64,000 nt of DNA. It comes from an uncultured Acidimicrobiaceae bacterium. GTDB lineage: Bacteria > Actinomycetota > Acidimicrobiia > Acidimicrobiales > RAAP-2. The notes beneath the pieces are model-generated. The model was not told the origin of the DNA. It did not search any database and was given only the letters and a program-made list of their open reading frames with translations. The stretch is taken from positions 4,139 to 68,138 of the forward strand of contig CAVTUE010000005.1 of the NCBI GenBank assembly GCA_963737805.1, written 5' to 3'. Shown here piece by piece: positions 1-12,534 of this stretch (position 1 is its first letter; the number at the start of each line of letters is the position of its first letter). The translations under genes were made by a program, and so were the position numbers.

Positions 1-400
1 CCGACTTCGAGTGGCCGTGACCCGACTCAACCGCAAGCTTCGTCAGCAGGCCCTGGCCGGGTTGTCGCCGGCTCAGGCCTCTGCACTCGGCACGGTCAAC
101 CGGTTGGTCAGTCCCACACTCGGGGAGCTGGCCGCAGCCGAGCAGGTGCAGCCGCCGACGGTGACCCGATCTGGTGACCTCGCTCGAGACGGCAGGCCTG
201 GTAGGCAGGGAGATCGACGGTGTCGACCGGCGGGTGGTCCGGGTGAGGATCACCCCCGATGGTCGCCGCAACCTCCAGCGGATCCGGACCCTCAAGAACG
301 CCTTTCTCACCCGTCGACTGGCCGCGCTGGACCCGGCTGAACACGCGCTCGCCGAGGACCTGACCGAGGCTCGCTCGAGCACCTGGTGGCCGAGGAATGA
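1..400 (+). CDS. MarR-family transcriptional regulator (5' end outside the window; needs two compensating frame changes)
   Basis: The frame of ORF 11..340 reads LSPAQASALGTVNRLVSPTLGELAAAEQVQPPTVTR. The frame of ORF 174.. then reads TSLETAGLVGREIDGVDRRVVRVRITPDGRRNLQRIR, a MarR winged-helix. The first frame resumes for SLEHLVAEE, ending at TGA 398-400. This stop overlaps the ATG of the next gene (ATGA). Confidence 0.75.
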
Positions 401-1758
401 GCCCTCTCACCCGAGCAGCCCGGCAGACTTTCCAGGCGCTGCGGGTCCGCAACTACCGCCTCTATTTCTTCGGCCAGGTGATCTCGGCTTCGGGCACCTG
501 GATGCATGCCGTCGCCCTCGGACTCCTCGTCCTCTCGGACCAGCTCCACGGGAACGGGTTCAACGTTGGCATCGTCACAGCCCTGCAATTCCTGCCGATG
601 CTGCTGCTCGGCAGTTGGGGTGGACTGATCGTGGACCGGGTCGACAAGCGACGGCTCTTGTATGTGACCCAGTCTGCATCGGGGGTACTCGCCCTCGCCC
701 TCGGCCTCTTGGTGGCGGTAGGGACGGTCACCATGTGGGAGGTCTACCTGATCTCCACCTTGTTCGGGGTGGTCAACCTCTTCGACAACCCTGCTCGCCA
801 AACCTTCGTCTCCGAGATGGTCGGCCGCGATCTCATGCCCAACGCCATCAGCCTCAATAGCGTGGTCATGAATTCCGCCCGGGTCATCGGCCCCGCCATC
901 GGAGGGATCCTCATCTTCACGGTCGGCCTTGCCGCCTGCTTCCTCTTCAACGCCGCGTCCTACGTGGCGGTCCTGGTGGCCCTGTTCATGATGCGTCCGG
1001 CCGAGCTGCACCAGCGCCCGCCGGTGGTCCGGGCGAAGGGGCAGGTCCGCGAGGGCCTTCGCTACGTGTGGTCGACCCGCGAGCTACGGGATCCGCTGCT
1101 GGCCATGGCGGTGGTGGGCATCTTCGCCTTCAACTTCACGACCACCCTCCCGCTCTTGGCGACCCGTACCTTCCACGGCGGCGCCGGTACCTACAGCGCC
1201 CTCGTTTCGGCCATGGGCGCCGGCGCGGTCGTCGGCGGTCTGATGGTCGCTCATCGGAGCCGGCCCAGCACCACCATGCTCAGCCTCATCGGCCTCGCTT
1301 TCGGCGTCATGCTCCTGGTGGTTGCCATCGCCCCGACCGAGATCGTGGCCCTGGTGTCCCTCGTCTTCATGGGCCTCTGCAGCATCTCGTTCATCTCCAC
1401 TGCGAACGCCACGATCCAGATGCAGGCGAATCCGTCCATCCGCGGCCGTGTCATGGCTCTCTACGCCATCGCCTTCCTCGGGAGCACCCCCATCGGTGCC
1501 CCGCTGGTGGGTTGGATCGCCGACGTCACCAACCCGCGGGTCGCCATCATGGTCGGCGGCGTGGCGACCCTGGCCGCCTGCATCCCCCTCGCTCTGCGCT
1601 ACCGACGCGGGCATATGTTGTCAGGGTCGACCTTGGCGGTCACGTCCGAGATCCCGGACGCCGAGCCGGGCGAGGTGGTGGACTTCGCTCCCCGGCCCAC
1701 CATCTATGCCGCATCCGAAGAGGATCAGGCGCAGATCCGTCGGGTCGCCGGCACCTGA
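397..1758 (+). CDS. MFS transporter (MFS_3 / EntS-like exporter type)
   Basis: Intact 453-aa ORF with many hydrophobic helices and a DRVDKRRLL loop motif. It is translationally coupled (ATGA) to the upstream MarR gene. Confidence 0.88.
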   Translation: MSPLTRAARQTFQALRVRNYRLYFFGQVISASGTWMHAVALGLLVLSDQLHGNGFNVGIVTALQFLPMLLLGSWGGLIVDRVDKRRLLYVTQSASGVLALALGLLVAVGTVTMWEVYLISTLFGVVNLFDNPARQTFVSEMVGRDLMPNAISLNSVVMNSARVIGPAIGGILIFTVGLAACFLFNAASYVAVLVALFMMRPAELHQRPPVVRAKGQVREGLRYVWSTRELRDPLLAMAVVGIFAFNFTTTLPLLATRTFHGGAGTYSALVSAMGAGAVVGGLMVAHRSRPSTTMLSLIGLAFGVMLLVVAIAPTEIVALVSLVFMGLCSISFISTANATIQMQANPSIRGRVMALYAIAFLGSTPIGAPLVGWIADVTNPRVAIMVGGVATLAACIPLALRYRRGHMLSGSTLAVTSEIPDAEPGEVVDFAPRPTIYAASEEDQAQIRRVAGT

Positions 1759-1870
1759 GGCGTCAGAAGACCTCCGTCCAACCCCCATCCGGCGGGACAC
1801 TTTGTCCGGAATGGTCCACCCAATGGGATCACGCGCATTCGGTAGGGCTTGTGCAGCCACGCGGACTCGG

Positions 1871-1943
1871 TAGGGCTGGTGGGGATCGAACCCACGACCC
1901 AAGGATTATGAGTCCTCTGCTCTAACCACTGAGCTACAGCCCC
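1871..1943 (-). tRNA. tRNA-Met (anticodon CAT; could alternatively be the lysidine-modified Ile2 type)
   Basis: The reverse complement folds as a cloverleaf: acceptor GGGGCTG/CAGCCCT, D arm GCTC-AGTGGTTA-GAGC, anticodon loop CT-CAT-AA, T arm GTGGG-TTCGATC-CCCAC, discriminator A followed by CC. Confidence 0.9.
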
Positions 1944-2025
1944 ACTGTGGGGTTCTAGCCGACGAACGCCATGGGCGCCCACATTTAACGCTGCAGCAAC
2001 CTCCCCGGCTGACCAGCACGGCAAC

Positions 2026-3717
2026 ATGCCTGGATGGATCGCGTTGATCGACGACGACACCGATCCCCGCTTCTCGCGGATCCTCGACGACTGGGGCGTT
2101 CCCCATGTTCGCCGCCACGCCCATCGCGGTGAGGGGTTCGACGAAGCCGGCCTCGCACGAGCCGCCGCGGTGGTGTGCGTGGAGATCGACGAGATCCACA
2201 CCCTGGAGACGGCGCTGCGCATCAAGGAGATCCGGCCGGATCTACCGCTCGTCGTCCAGCTGGCCAACCCTTCGGTGGCGCAGGCGCTCGAGCGGGTGTC
2301 CGGGCCGGGCAGCGTGCTGGACGTGGCATCCCTGGCCGCGCCCTCCTTCGTCGAGGCCTGCCTGGGACGGCCCTCCCACGCCATTGAGCTCGCCGGCGAT
2401 CGACTTCGCCGTCGTCCAGCTCGGCGTCGAGGCGTCGGAACACACGCACGACACGTTCCGGGGGCACTTCGGCCATCTGGCCCCCGTGGCGATCATGCCC
2501 TTCGGCGACGCGCCGATGGCGACCTGCCCGGGGCGCGACCACCCGCTGCACCGCGGTGACCGCGTCGCCGTCCTCGGCACCGCTGGACGAGTTGAGGAAC
2601 ATGGGGATCAGCACGACCCACACGCCGGACATCGGCCCCAGCGCTCCGTGGGCTTGGGCCGCCGCATCCGGCTCGCAGGTCGACATCGCCCTCGAGGAGG
2701 GCAACCGGGCCCTGGCCGTAGTGGCCTCGGCGCTGTTCGGACTGATTGTGGTGGCGACGATCGTCGCTGCACTTCGCCTTCCGGCCCCGCCGACGGCCAC
2801 ACCCACCTCGGTTTCCTCGTCCTCCCTGTACTTCACCGTCGAGACGGTGGCGACCGTCGGGTACGGGGACTACAGCTTCTCCGACCAGAGCCCGTGGCTC
2901 CTCGTCTGCGCCATCATCCTCATCCTCTCGGGCGTGGCGCTGGTATCGACCGCGTTCGCACTCTTCACCAACATTCTGGTGAGCCGCCGCATCGAGCGGT
3001 CACTCGGACGCCGGCAGGTGCCGGGGATGGTCAACCACGTCATCGTCATCGGCCTCGGCGCGGTGGGTATCAGCGTGGTGCGCCGGCTGGTGGCGGAGGG
3101 CGAGGCCGTCGTCGTCATCGAGCGGGACGCCGACAACCGCTACCTGGCCCAGGCCCGGGCCCTCGGCGTCCCCGTCGTCATCGCGGACGCCACGCAGTCG
3201 CAGACCCACCGCATGGTCAACATCGCCGACGCCAAGGCGGTCGCGGTGTTGACCAGCGCCGACCTGACAAACATCGAAACCGGGCTGTCGGTACGGGAAT
3301 CACTCGGGGAACGCTGGGACGACGTCCCGGTCGTCCTGCGCGGTCTTCGATCGTGAGCTGGCGCACATGATGGAGCGGAGCTTCGGCTTCCGCCACGTCC
3401 GCTCCACCTCGGCCCTGGCTGCGCCCTGGTTCGTCGGCGCCGCCCTCGGGCTCGACGTGCTCAGCACGTTCTACGTCGACCAACAGCCGTTCTTGGTGGC
3501 CGGCCTCACGGTGGCGCCGGACGGCGGCCTGCAGGGGCTGGCCATGCAGGATCTCTCGTCGCGGACCCGGGTGATCGCACTGAGCCGCGCCGCTGACGGC
3601 GTGCTCGAGCATCCACCCCGCCGGGGCACCGACTTCGCCGGCGGGGACACCGCTTCCTGCTCGGCCCCTACGAGGAACTCCTCGCGGGTCCTGCAGCGCG
3701 ATCAGACACCCGTCTGA
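2026..3717 (+). CDS. Potassium channel with flanking RCK/TrkA-N domains (at least 4 frame changes)
   Basis: Fragments are 2026..~2400, ~2400..2575, 2556..3356 and 3367..3717. The selectivity filter TVGYGD sits in fragment 2556..3356, followed by the Rossmann motif VIVIGLGAVG and VVVIERD. The N-terminal fragment looks like an RCK domain and the C-terminal fragment like an RCK_C domain. Confidence 0.8.
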
Positions 3718-3740
3718 GCCAGTCGGCATCATGGTGCGCC

Positions 3741-5994
3741 GTGACCATCGTCGAGGAGGAGACGCCCGGATCCCCCGCGGCCGCACCGCCTCCTGATCGG
3801 GCAACGCCCGCGACGAGGTCGCCGGCGCGGTTCGGGCCCTGGATCCTGGTCGCCCTCTCCATGGCCTGGGGGCTGTGGGAGCTGCGGCCCGAGCTCCGGG
3901 CCGTGCCGTACCTCGACGACAGCTCCCTGCACGAGCAGATGGTGCGCGCCGCCGCCGCCCGCATCAGCCAGGGCCACCTCCCGCTGACGAGTTGGTTCCC
4001 CTACCTCGGTCTCGGCTCGCCCCAGTTCCTGCACTACCAGAGCCTGCCGTCCATGATGACCGGCCTGATCGGCACGGCCGTCGATCCCGACACCGTCTTC
4101 CGCTGGTCGCTCTACCTCCTCCTCGCGCTGTGGCCGCTCGCCGTCTACTGGAGCGGCCGGCTGTTCGGGCTGAGCCGCTGGACCGCCGCCACGGCCGCCG
4201 CGGTGGCGCCCTTCCTCGCCTCGGCCGCCGGCATCGGCTACGAGACGAAGGCCTACGTCTGGGTCGGTTACGGCGTGTGGACCCAGCTCTGGGCGTCGTG
4301 GACGCTGCCGCTGGCGTGGGGCTTCACCTACCGCGCCCTGTCGACGCTGCGGGGCGCCTTCTTCGCCGTCCTCTTCATCATGCTGACGGTCGCGCTGCAC
4401 TACGAGACCGGATACCTGGCCTTCGTCCCGCTCGTCGTGTGGCCCTTCATCGTCCCCTCCGACCTGTGGCGCCGGCTCGGGCGCGCCGTCGCCCTGCGGC
4501 GCGGCCGCGCTGCTGGCCTCGGCGTGGGTCATCGTCCCGCTGCTCCAACAGTCGCATTGGGCGGCGCGCAACCAGGTGCTCGAGGGCACGGGGCTCGAGA
4601 ACGGCTACGGCGCCGGGCAGATGCTGTCCTGGCTGTTCACCGGGCATCTCTACGACGACGGCCGCTGGCCCGTCGTCACCGTCCTCGTCGCGGTTGGCAT
4701 CGGGTTCTGCATCTGGCGCTGGCGCTCGTTCATCGCCGGTCGCGCCCTCGTGCTCATCTGGCTGGTCACGCTCGTCATGTCGTTCGGGCGAACGACCTTC
4801 GGGTCCCTCTACGACATCGTGCCGGGCAGTAGCGACATCTTCATCCGGCGTTTCGAGATGGGCGTGCAGCTCTCGGGCACTCCTGCTGGCCGGCATCGGC
4901 CTCGTGTTCCTCGGACGCCTCGTGCTGCACGGCGTGGTCTGCGCCTGCTCCCCGAGGACCGCCGGGGATGGGTCACCCAGCCGGCCGGGCGCGGCATCGT
5001 CGCCGGACTGTGCATCGTGGCGACGATCGTCGTGCTCGCCCCCGCCTGGAGCGACCTGGACACCTACGACGGCCACAACGCGACGAACATCGGCCTCCAG
5101 GCCCAGGCCGACGCGCAGCAGGACCCGCAGATCGACCGCTTGCTGGCCTACGTGCGCGCCCATCCCAAGGGCCGCGTCTACGCCGGCTCGCCGACCAACT
5201 GGGGCCAGGACTTCACGGTGGGGGCGGTCCCCGTGTTCAAGTACCTCGAGAGCAAGGACATCGACGAGGTCGGGTACACGTTGCGCACGGCGTCGCTCAT
5301 GACGGATCCCGAGTACTTCTTCGACGAGACGAACCCGGGCGACTATCCGCTCTTCGGCATCGGCTACCTCATCACGCCCGCCGACATGGCGACGCCGGTG
5401 CCGGCCGACAAGGTCGGCTGCGCGGGCAACTACTGCCTGTGGGCGCTCCCGGACGCCGGCTACATCCACGTCTACGACACGACCGGCGTGCTGACGGCGA
5501 CCCGGGCCGACGTCGGGTCGCAGAGCACGACGCTGCTCGAGTCGCCGCTCCTCGAAGACCAACGCGACCTCACGGTGGCCTTCAACGGGCAGGCGGCCGC
5601 CACCCCGACCGCGCCCGACGCGTCGGCGCTGGAAGGCAAACCCGGGCACGTGGTCGTGGAGCACGCCGACCTCCAGAACGGCACGGCCCAGCGCCGTGGT
5701 CAGGACGAACCGCCGCGCCACGGTCGTGCTGAGCGCCTCGTACGACCCGGGCTGGCACGCCACCGTGAACGGCCACCCGGCGCCGACGGTCATGGTGGCG
5801 CCGGCTCTGGTCGGTGTCGTCGTGGGCCCGGGCGCCCACACGGTGACGTTCACCTACGGCGGCTACGGCTCCTACGCCCGCTGTTCGTCCTGGCGCTGGC
5901 GGTGCTCGTGGTTCTGGCCGTCGCTCCGCTGGTGTGGCGGCGGGGACGTGGACGTGGGCACAAGGACGTTCGTGGGGTTGCCGCCGACGGCTGA
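3741..5994 (+). CDS. Large polytopic membrane protein, possibly a GT-C-like glycosyltransferase (function tentative; at least 6 frame changes)
   Basis: A hydrophobic N-terminal half (WILVALSMAWGLWEL..., LLLALWPLAVYW...) is read across ORFs 3741.., 4576.., 3875.. and 5696... A soluble C-terminal part follows (DTYDGHNATNIGLQ..., SASYDPGWHATVNGHPA), then a final transmembrane helix. The stop is at 5994. Confidence 0.6.
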
Positions 5995-6005
5995 AGGTGC
6001 CCTGC

Positions 6006-6086
6006 GGTGCGCATCCCGGAGGGACGCTGAAGAGGCCGGCGGTGCATCCGGAGGGATCGCTGAAGAGGCCGGCGGTGCATTCTGGG
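6006..6086. repeat. Tandem 33-35 bp repeat, about 2.4 units (GGTGCATCCGGAGGGATCGCTGAAGAGGCCGGC)
   Basis: Units lie at 6006-6040 and 6041-6073, with a partial unit at 6074-6086. Each unit carries a minus-strand ATG, at 6014, 6047 and 6080. Confidence 0.85.
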
Positions 6087-6113
6087 ACTATAAGCAATCC
6101 TGCTTATAGTCCC
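6084..6113 (-). promoter_or_regulatory. Perfect 13-bp inverted repeat around a 24-nt AT-rich palindrome; candidate operator/-10 module or bidirectional terminator hairpin
   Basis: The sequence is GGGACTATAAGCA-atcc-TGCTTATAGTCCC. The core ACTATAAGCAATCCTGCTTATAGT (6087-6110) matches 60655-60678 at about 18 of 24 positions. On the minus strand TATAGT is followed 6 nt later by an ATG (6080). Confidence 0.5.
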
Positions 6114-6194
6114 GAGGAGTTCGCCGGCGCGCTCCCGGTCTGGTCCGGTTCGATCAGAGTCCGCCCCGATCCGGTAACCCCGACCCCGCGTGGC

Positions 6195-6437
6195 CTACTG
6201 CAGATAGCCCTCCACGGTGCCCGCCGAGCGGGGCGCCGCGGCGTCGGGGTCCTGGCCGGCGGAGCGCTTGGCGCGGCGCTGGCGCAGGACGTCCCACAGC
6301 TGGTCCAAAGTGACCTCGAGGTCGCGCTTGCGCTTCAGCTCGTCGTCGCTCAGCCCCTCGCCGACGTGGGCCTCCTCGAGGCGCTGCTCCTCGGCCGCGA
6401 GATCGCCGATCTGGTTCACGATGTCCTGGTCGTCCAC
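6195..6437 (-). CDS. DUF2630-like small conserved actinobacterial protein (80 aa)
   Basis: The product (V)DDQDIVNQIGDLAAEEQRLEEAHVGEGLSDDELKRKRDLEVTLDQLWDVLRQRRAKRSAGQDPDAAAPRSAGTVEGYLQ matches my memory of the DUF2630 family. The GTG start at 6435-6437 has GGAG upstream. In the ORF track this gene is fused in frame to lon. Confidence 0.7.
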   Translation of the reverse strand: MDDQDIVNQIGDLAAEEQRLEEAHVGEGLSDDELKRKRDLEVTLDQLWDVLRQRRAKRSAGQDPDAAAPRSAGTVEGYLQ

Positions 6438-6522
6438 TGTCCGCTCCGCTCCGCTTCGCTCGACTCGGCTACATCCGGTCCTGCTGGTTCCGGGCCGTGG
6501 CCCGGAACCAGTCTGCCCGGCC

Positions 6523-8898
<2,376 letters not shown>

Positions 8899-9073
8899 CG
8901 GGGTGTCCTTTTGTAATGCCGTAATGGCAATTCCTCTGACTGGTCAACCATATGGGTGGAACAGTCATTCCCGTACGGGTCCGGCCCCTGGTGGGAGGCC
9001 AGAAGAAAGGCGGGGCGGCCCCGGCCAGGGAATACGCTGAATCCCGTGAGGAGTCCCGCCGCAGAGAGGAGGC

Positions 9074-9133
9074 CCGTGAGCAGAGCCGTGAGCAGAGCCG
9101 TGAGCAGTGTCGTGAGCAGAGCTGTGAGCAGAG
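9074..9133. repeat. 12-bp tandem repeat, 5 units (CCGTGAGCAGAG)
   Basis: Units start at 9074, 9086, 9098, 9110 and 9122, with 1-2 substitutions in the last three. The repeat lies between the divergent lon and DUF3039 genes. Confidence 0.9.
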
Positions 9134-9174
9134 CCCAGACCGCCCCGGACCCCGGAGCGGCAGGGGGGACGACG

Positions 9175-9438
9175 GTGGCACCGGCGCGGCCGGTGCCCGA
9201 CCTCGACGACGGCGACCACGACCGCATGGCCCACATCGTCCTGGAGGGGTACACCCCCAAGGGGGGTGACTTCGTCTCCACCGGGCCGAGCGTGGTCGAG
9301 GGCATGGTCAACCGCACGGCCGTGCGGGCGCTGTGCGGCAAGGAGTGGGTGCCCGGGCGGGACCCGGGGCGCTACGGCCTGTGCCCCACCTGCAAGGAGA
9401 TCGCCGAGTCCATGGGTTGGAAGATCCCGGCCAGCTGA
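9175..9438 (+). CDS. DUF3039-like small protein with a CxxC motif
   Basis: The sequence DDGDHDRMAHIVLEGYTPKGGDFVSTGPSVVEGMVNRTAVRALCGKEWVPGRDPGRYGLCPTCKEIAESMGWKIP resembles the actinobacterial DUF3039 family. The ORF is open from 8956, but I prefer the GTG at 9175, downstream of the 12-bp repeat. Confidence 0.65.
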   Translation: MAPARPVPDLDDGDHDRMAHIVLEGYTPKGGDFVSTGPSVVEGMVNRTAVRALCGKEWVPGRDPGRYGLCPTCKEIAESMGWKIPAS

Positions 9439-9536
9439 GGCCGGGCTGTGCTCTTCGTGCCGTCGGTCCCCCGGTTCGCTACCGTGCGGCAGACCGATGG
9501 ACCGGGGCGGTGGCCGGCCGCTCCGAAGGGAGCACG

Positions 9537-10667
9537 TTGGCACAGGTCAGCTTCGACGGGGCCACCAAGTACTTCGGTGACACCACCGCGGTCGACGACC
9601 TGACGCTGCACGTGGCCGACGGTGAGCTGCTCGTGCTGCTGGGCTCGTCGGGGTGCGGCAAGACGACGGCACTGCGCCTGGTGGCCGGGCTCGAGGAGCT
9701 GAGCAGCGGCACCGTCTCCATCGGCGACCGCGTGGTCAACGACATCGACCCCAAGGACCGCGACGTCGCCATGGTCTTCCAGAGCTACGCGCTCTATCCG
9801 CACCTGACGGTGTACAAGAACATCGAGTTCCCGCTCCGCCAGCGCGGCGTCGACAAGGAGGAGCGGACGACCAAGGTGAAGCGGGCCGCCGAGACGCTGG
9901 GGCTGGCTTAGCGCTGCTCGATCGCAAGCCTGGACAGCTCTCCGGTGGCCAGCGCCAGCGGGTGGCGCTGGCCCGGGCCATCGTGCGCGAGCCCACCGTG
10001 TTCCTCATGGACGAGCCGCTGTCGAACCTCGATGCCGCGCTGCGCGTGCAGACGCGGGCCGACATCGTCGAACTGCAGGCGCGGCTCTCGACCACCACGC
10101 TCTACGTCACCCACGATCAGGTGGAGGCCATGACGATGGGCGACCGCATCGCCGTCATGAGCGACGGGAAGCTGCAGCAGGTGGCCGCGCCCGAGGATCT
10201 CTACGCGCGGCCGGCCAACGCGTTCGTGGCCCACTTCCTCGGCAGCCCCGGCATGAACCTCATGCAGGGGATGCTCGTCGAGAGCGGGGCGCCCGACGCC
10301 GAGGGCGCGGACCGGCACGGGACGTTGAGCGTGGCCTTCCCCGGCGCCTCGGTGCCGCTGCCCGCCCGCGGTGGCCGACGCCGTCCGGGGGTCCGGACCC
10401 GACGTCCAGCTGGGCCTGCGGCCCGAGGCTCTGCACCTCAGCCCCGACGGCGCCATCGAGGCCAGCGTGATCATCGTCGAACTGCTGGGCGCCGAGACGC
10501 ACGTGATCTGCCACACCGAGACGGGCGCCCGGATCATCGTGCGCCAGAGCGCCTCGGCGGCCAAGCCCAAGATCGGCGACGCCGTGCGCATCGGCGTCGA
10601 CCCGGACCCGGCCTCGTACCACCTCTTCGACGCGGCCACCGGAGCCCGCCTGGGCGGCGCGCCGTGA
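9537..10667 (+). CDS. Sugar ABC transporter ATP-binding protein (MalK/UgpC/MsiK type; frame changes near 9905 and 10365)
   Basis: TTG start at 9537 after GAAGGGAG. Motifs present are Walker [10 protein letters not shown], signature LSGGQRQR, Walker B FLMDEPLS, and a C-terminal regulatory domain in ORF 10371..10667. Confidence 0.88.
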
Positions 10668-11602
10668 CGGCGGTCACCGCCGCGTCCCCGGCGGTCGCTA
10701 CGAAGCCCTCCGGGGCCGTGCGCGCCAGCCGGCGCAAGCAGGCGCTGTTGGCCTACATGCTGCTCCTGCCCGCGCTGGTGCTCTTCGGGGTGTTCTCCTT
10801 CTATCCGTTCCTGCGCAACTTCAAGCTGATGCTCTACGAGACGCCGCCGGTGCCGGGCCTGCCGCCGCACTACGTGGGACTGCACCAGATCATCCCCACC
10901 ATCACCTCGACCCAGTTCACGCAGAGCCTCGTCACCACGCTGCTCTTCGTGGTCCTGGTCGTGCCGATCAGCCTCATCGCCGGGCTGGCCCTCGCCGTGG
11001 CGGCGCACCGCAAGCTGAAGGGCATGGCCGCCTACCGGGTCATCTTCTCCTCCACCGTGGTCAGCTCCGTCGCCGTGGCCTCGGTCGTGTTCGGGACTCT
11101 GCTCAATCCGGTGGTGGGGCTGCTGCCCTGGCTCGGCATCAACCCGACCCCGCCGGCGCTCGAGAGCTCGACCTGGGCCCTGCCCGCGGTGGCGCTCATC
11201 ACCATCTGGCAGTTCCTCGGCCTGTCGTTCATCATCATGCTCGCCGGCCTGCAGTCGGTACCCGACGAGCTGCTCGAGGCGGCGCGCATCGACGGCGCCG
11301 GCCCCTGGACGCGCTTCTGGCGGATGACGGTGCCACTGCTCTCCCCCACCATCTTCTTCGCCGGGGTCGTGAGCACGATCTACGCCTTCCAGGCCTTCGG
11401 TGCGATCGACATCCTCATCGGGGCGCCGAACACCGTGCGGCTGCACACCAACGTGCTGATCTACAACATCATCAACACGTTGCAGATAGAGAACAACGCC
11501 GGCGCCGCGGCCATCATGGCCACGGTCCTGTTCCTGATCCTGCTCGTGCTCACCATCCTGCAGCTGCGCTTCCTCGAGCGACGGGTCAGCTATGCCCGCT
11601 GA
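10664..11602 (+). CDS. Sugar ABC transporter permease (UgpA/MalF type)
   Basis: The GTG start overlaps the upstream stop (GTGA). It has a multi-helix membrane profile and an EAA-loop-like motif, [24 protein letters not shown]. Confidence 0.85.
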   Translation: MTAVTAASPAVATKPSGAVRASRRKQALLAYMLLLPALVLFGVFSFYPFLRNFKLMLYETPPVPGLPPHYVGLHQIIPTITSTQFTQSLVTTLLFVVLVVPISLIAGLALAVAAHRKLKGMAAYRVIFSSTVVSSVAVASVVFGTLLNPVVGLLPWLGINPTPPALESSTWALPAVALITIWQFLGLSFIIMLAGLQSVPDELLEAARIDGAGPWTRFWRMTVPLLSPTIFFAGVVSTIYAFQAFGAIDILIGAPNTVRLHTNVLIYNIINTLQIENNAGAAAIMATVLFLILLVLTILQLRFLERRVSYAR

Positions 11603-12483
11603 CGTGCTCGACGCCCCAACCCCGGCGGCGACCCCGACGGAATTGCCCGCCCCGCACCGGCGGCGGCGCCGGTGGCGGACCATCGGCAGCTACACGCTGC
11701 TGACGGCCGGCGCCGTCGTCATCCTCTTCCCGATCTACGTCACGATCGTGAACTCGCTCCTCCCCCTGGACCAGCTGGCCCGCCAGCCGCCCCCGCTCTT
11801 CCCGACCAATCCCCAGTGGCACGACTACAGCGCGGCATGGAACGGCGGGCAGATGTCCAAGTACATGGCGACCTCGGCGATCATGACGGCGAATCATCGT
11901 GGTGGGCCAGCTGGTGACGTCCGTGCTGGCCGCCTACGCCTTCGCGTTCCTGACCTTCCCCTTCAAGCGGACGCTCTTCATCCTGTGCCTGACCACGCTC
12001 ATGATCCCGCTCGAGGTCACCTTCATCACCAACCTCGACACCATCACCTCGCTGCACTGGTTCAACACTTACGCCGGGCTTTCCATCCCCTTCCTGGCCA
12101 CCGGGTTCGGCATCTTCCTGCTGCGCCAGGCCTTCCTGCAGATCCCCCGCGACCTGCAGGAGGCGGCCCAACTCGACGGCTACGGGCACCTGCGTTTCAT
12201 GACCCGGGTGGCGGTCCCGCTCGCCCGCCCGTCGCTCGCCGCCCTGGCCGTCTTCTCGTTCCTTGGCGCCTGGAACCAGTACCTGTGGCCGCTGGTGTCG
12301 ACCGGCGGGACGACGCCGCTCTTCACCGTGCAGATCGGCCTGAAGCAGCTGCTCGGCACCGAGGTGTCACAGATCCCCGTTGCCCTCGCCGGCGCGGTCA
12401 TCGCCTTCGTGCCGCTGGTGATCCTGCTCATCATCTTCCAGAAGCAGCTCGTGCGCAGCCTCACGGCGGGCGCCGTCAAGTAG
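11592..12483 (+). CDS. Sugar ABC transporter permease (UgpE/MalG type; frame change near 11890)
   Basis: ORF 11592.. supplies the N-terminus ([23 protein letters not shown]). ORF 11899..12483 supplies the remainder, including the EAA loop [23 protein letters not shown]. Confidence 0.85.
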
Positions 12484-12534
12484 CACGGGGCGGTGCACCC
12501 GGCCGGGGTCCCCTCGGGTGCTAGGCAATAGGAA

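Noticed and set aside
1725-2384. 219-aa minus-strand ORF
   Set aside because: It overlaps the tRNA-Met gene and the start of the K+ channel gene, and its translation is low-complexity.
8956-9174. N-terminal 73-aa extension of the DUF3039 ORF
   Set aside because: The extension is low-complexity, consists partly of the 12-bp microsatellite, and would leave only 57 bp for the divergent lon promoter. The family is normally about 60-100 aa, which fits the GTG at 9175.
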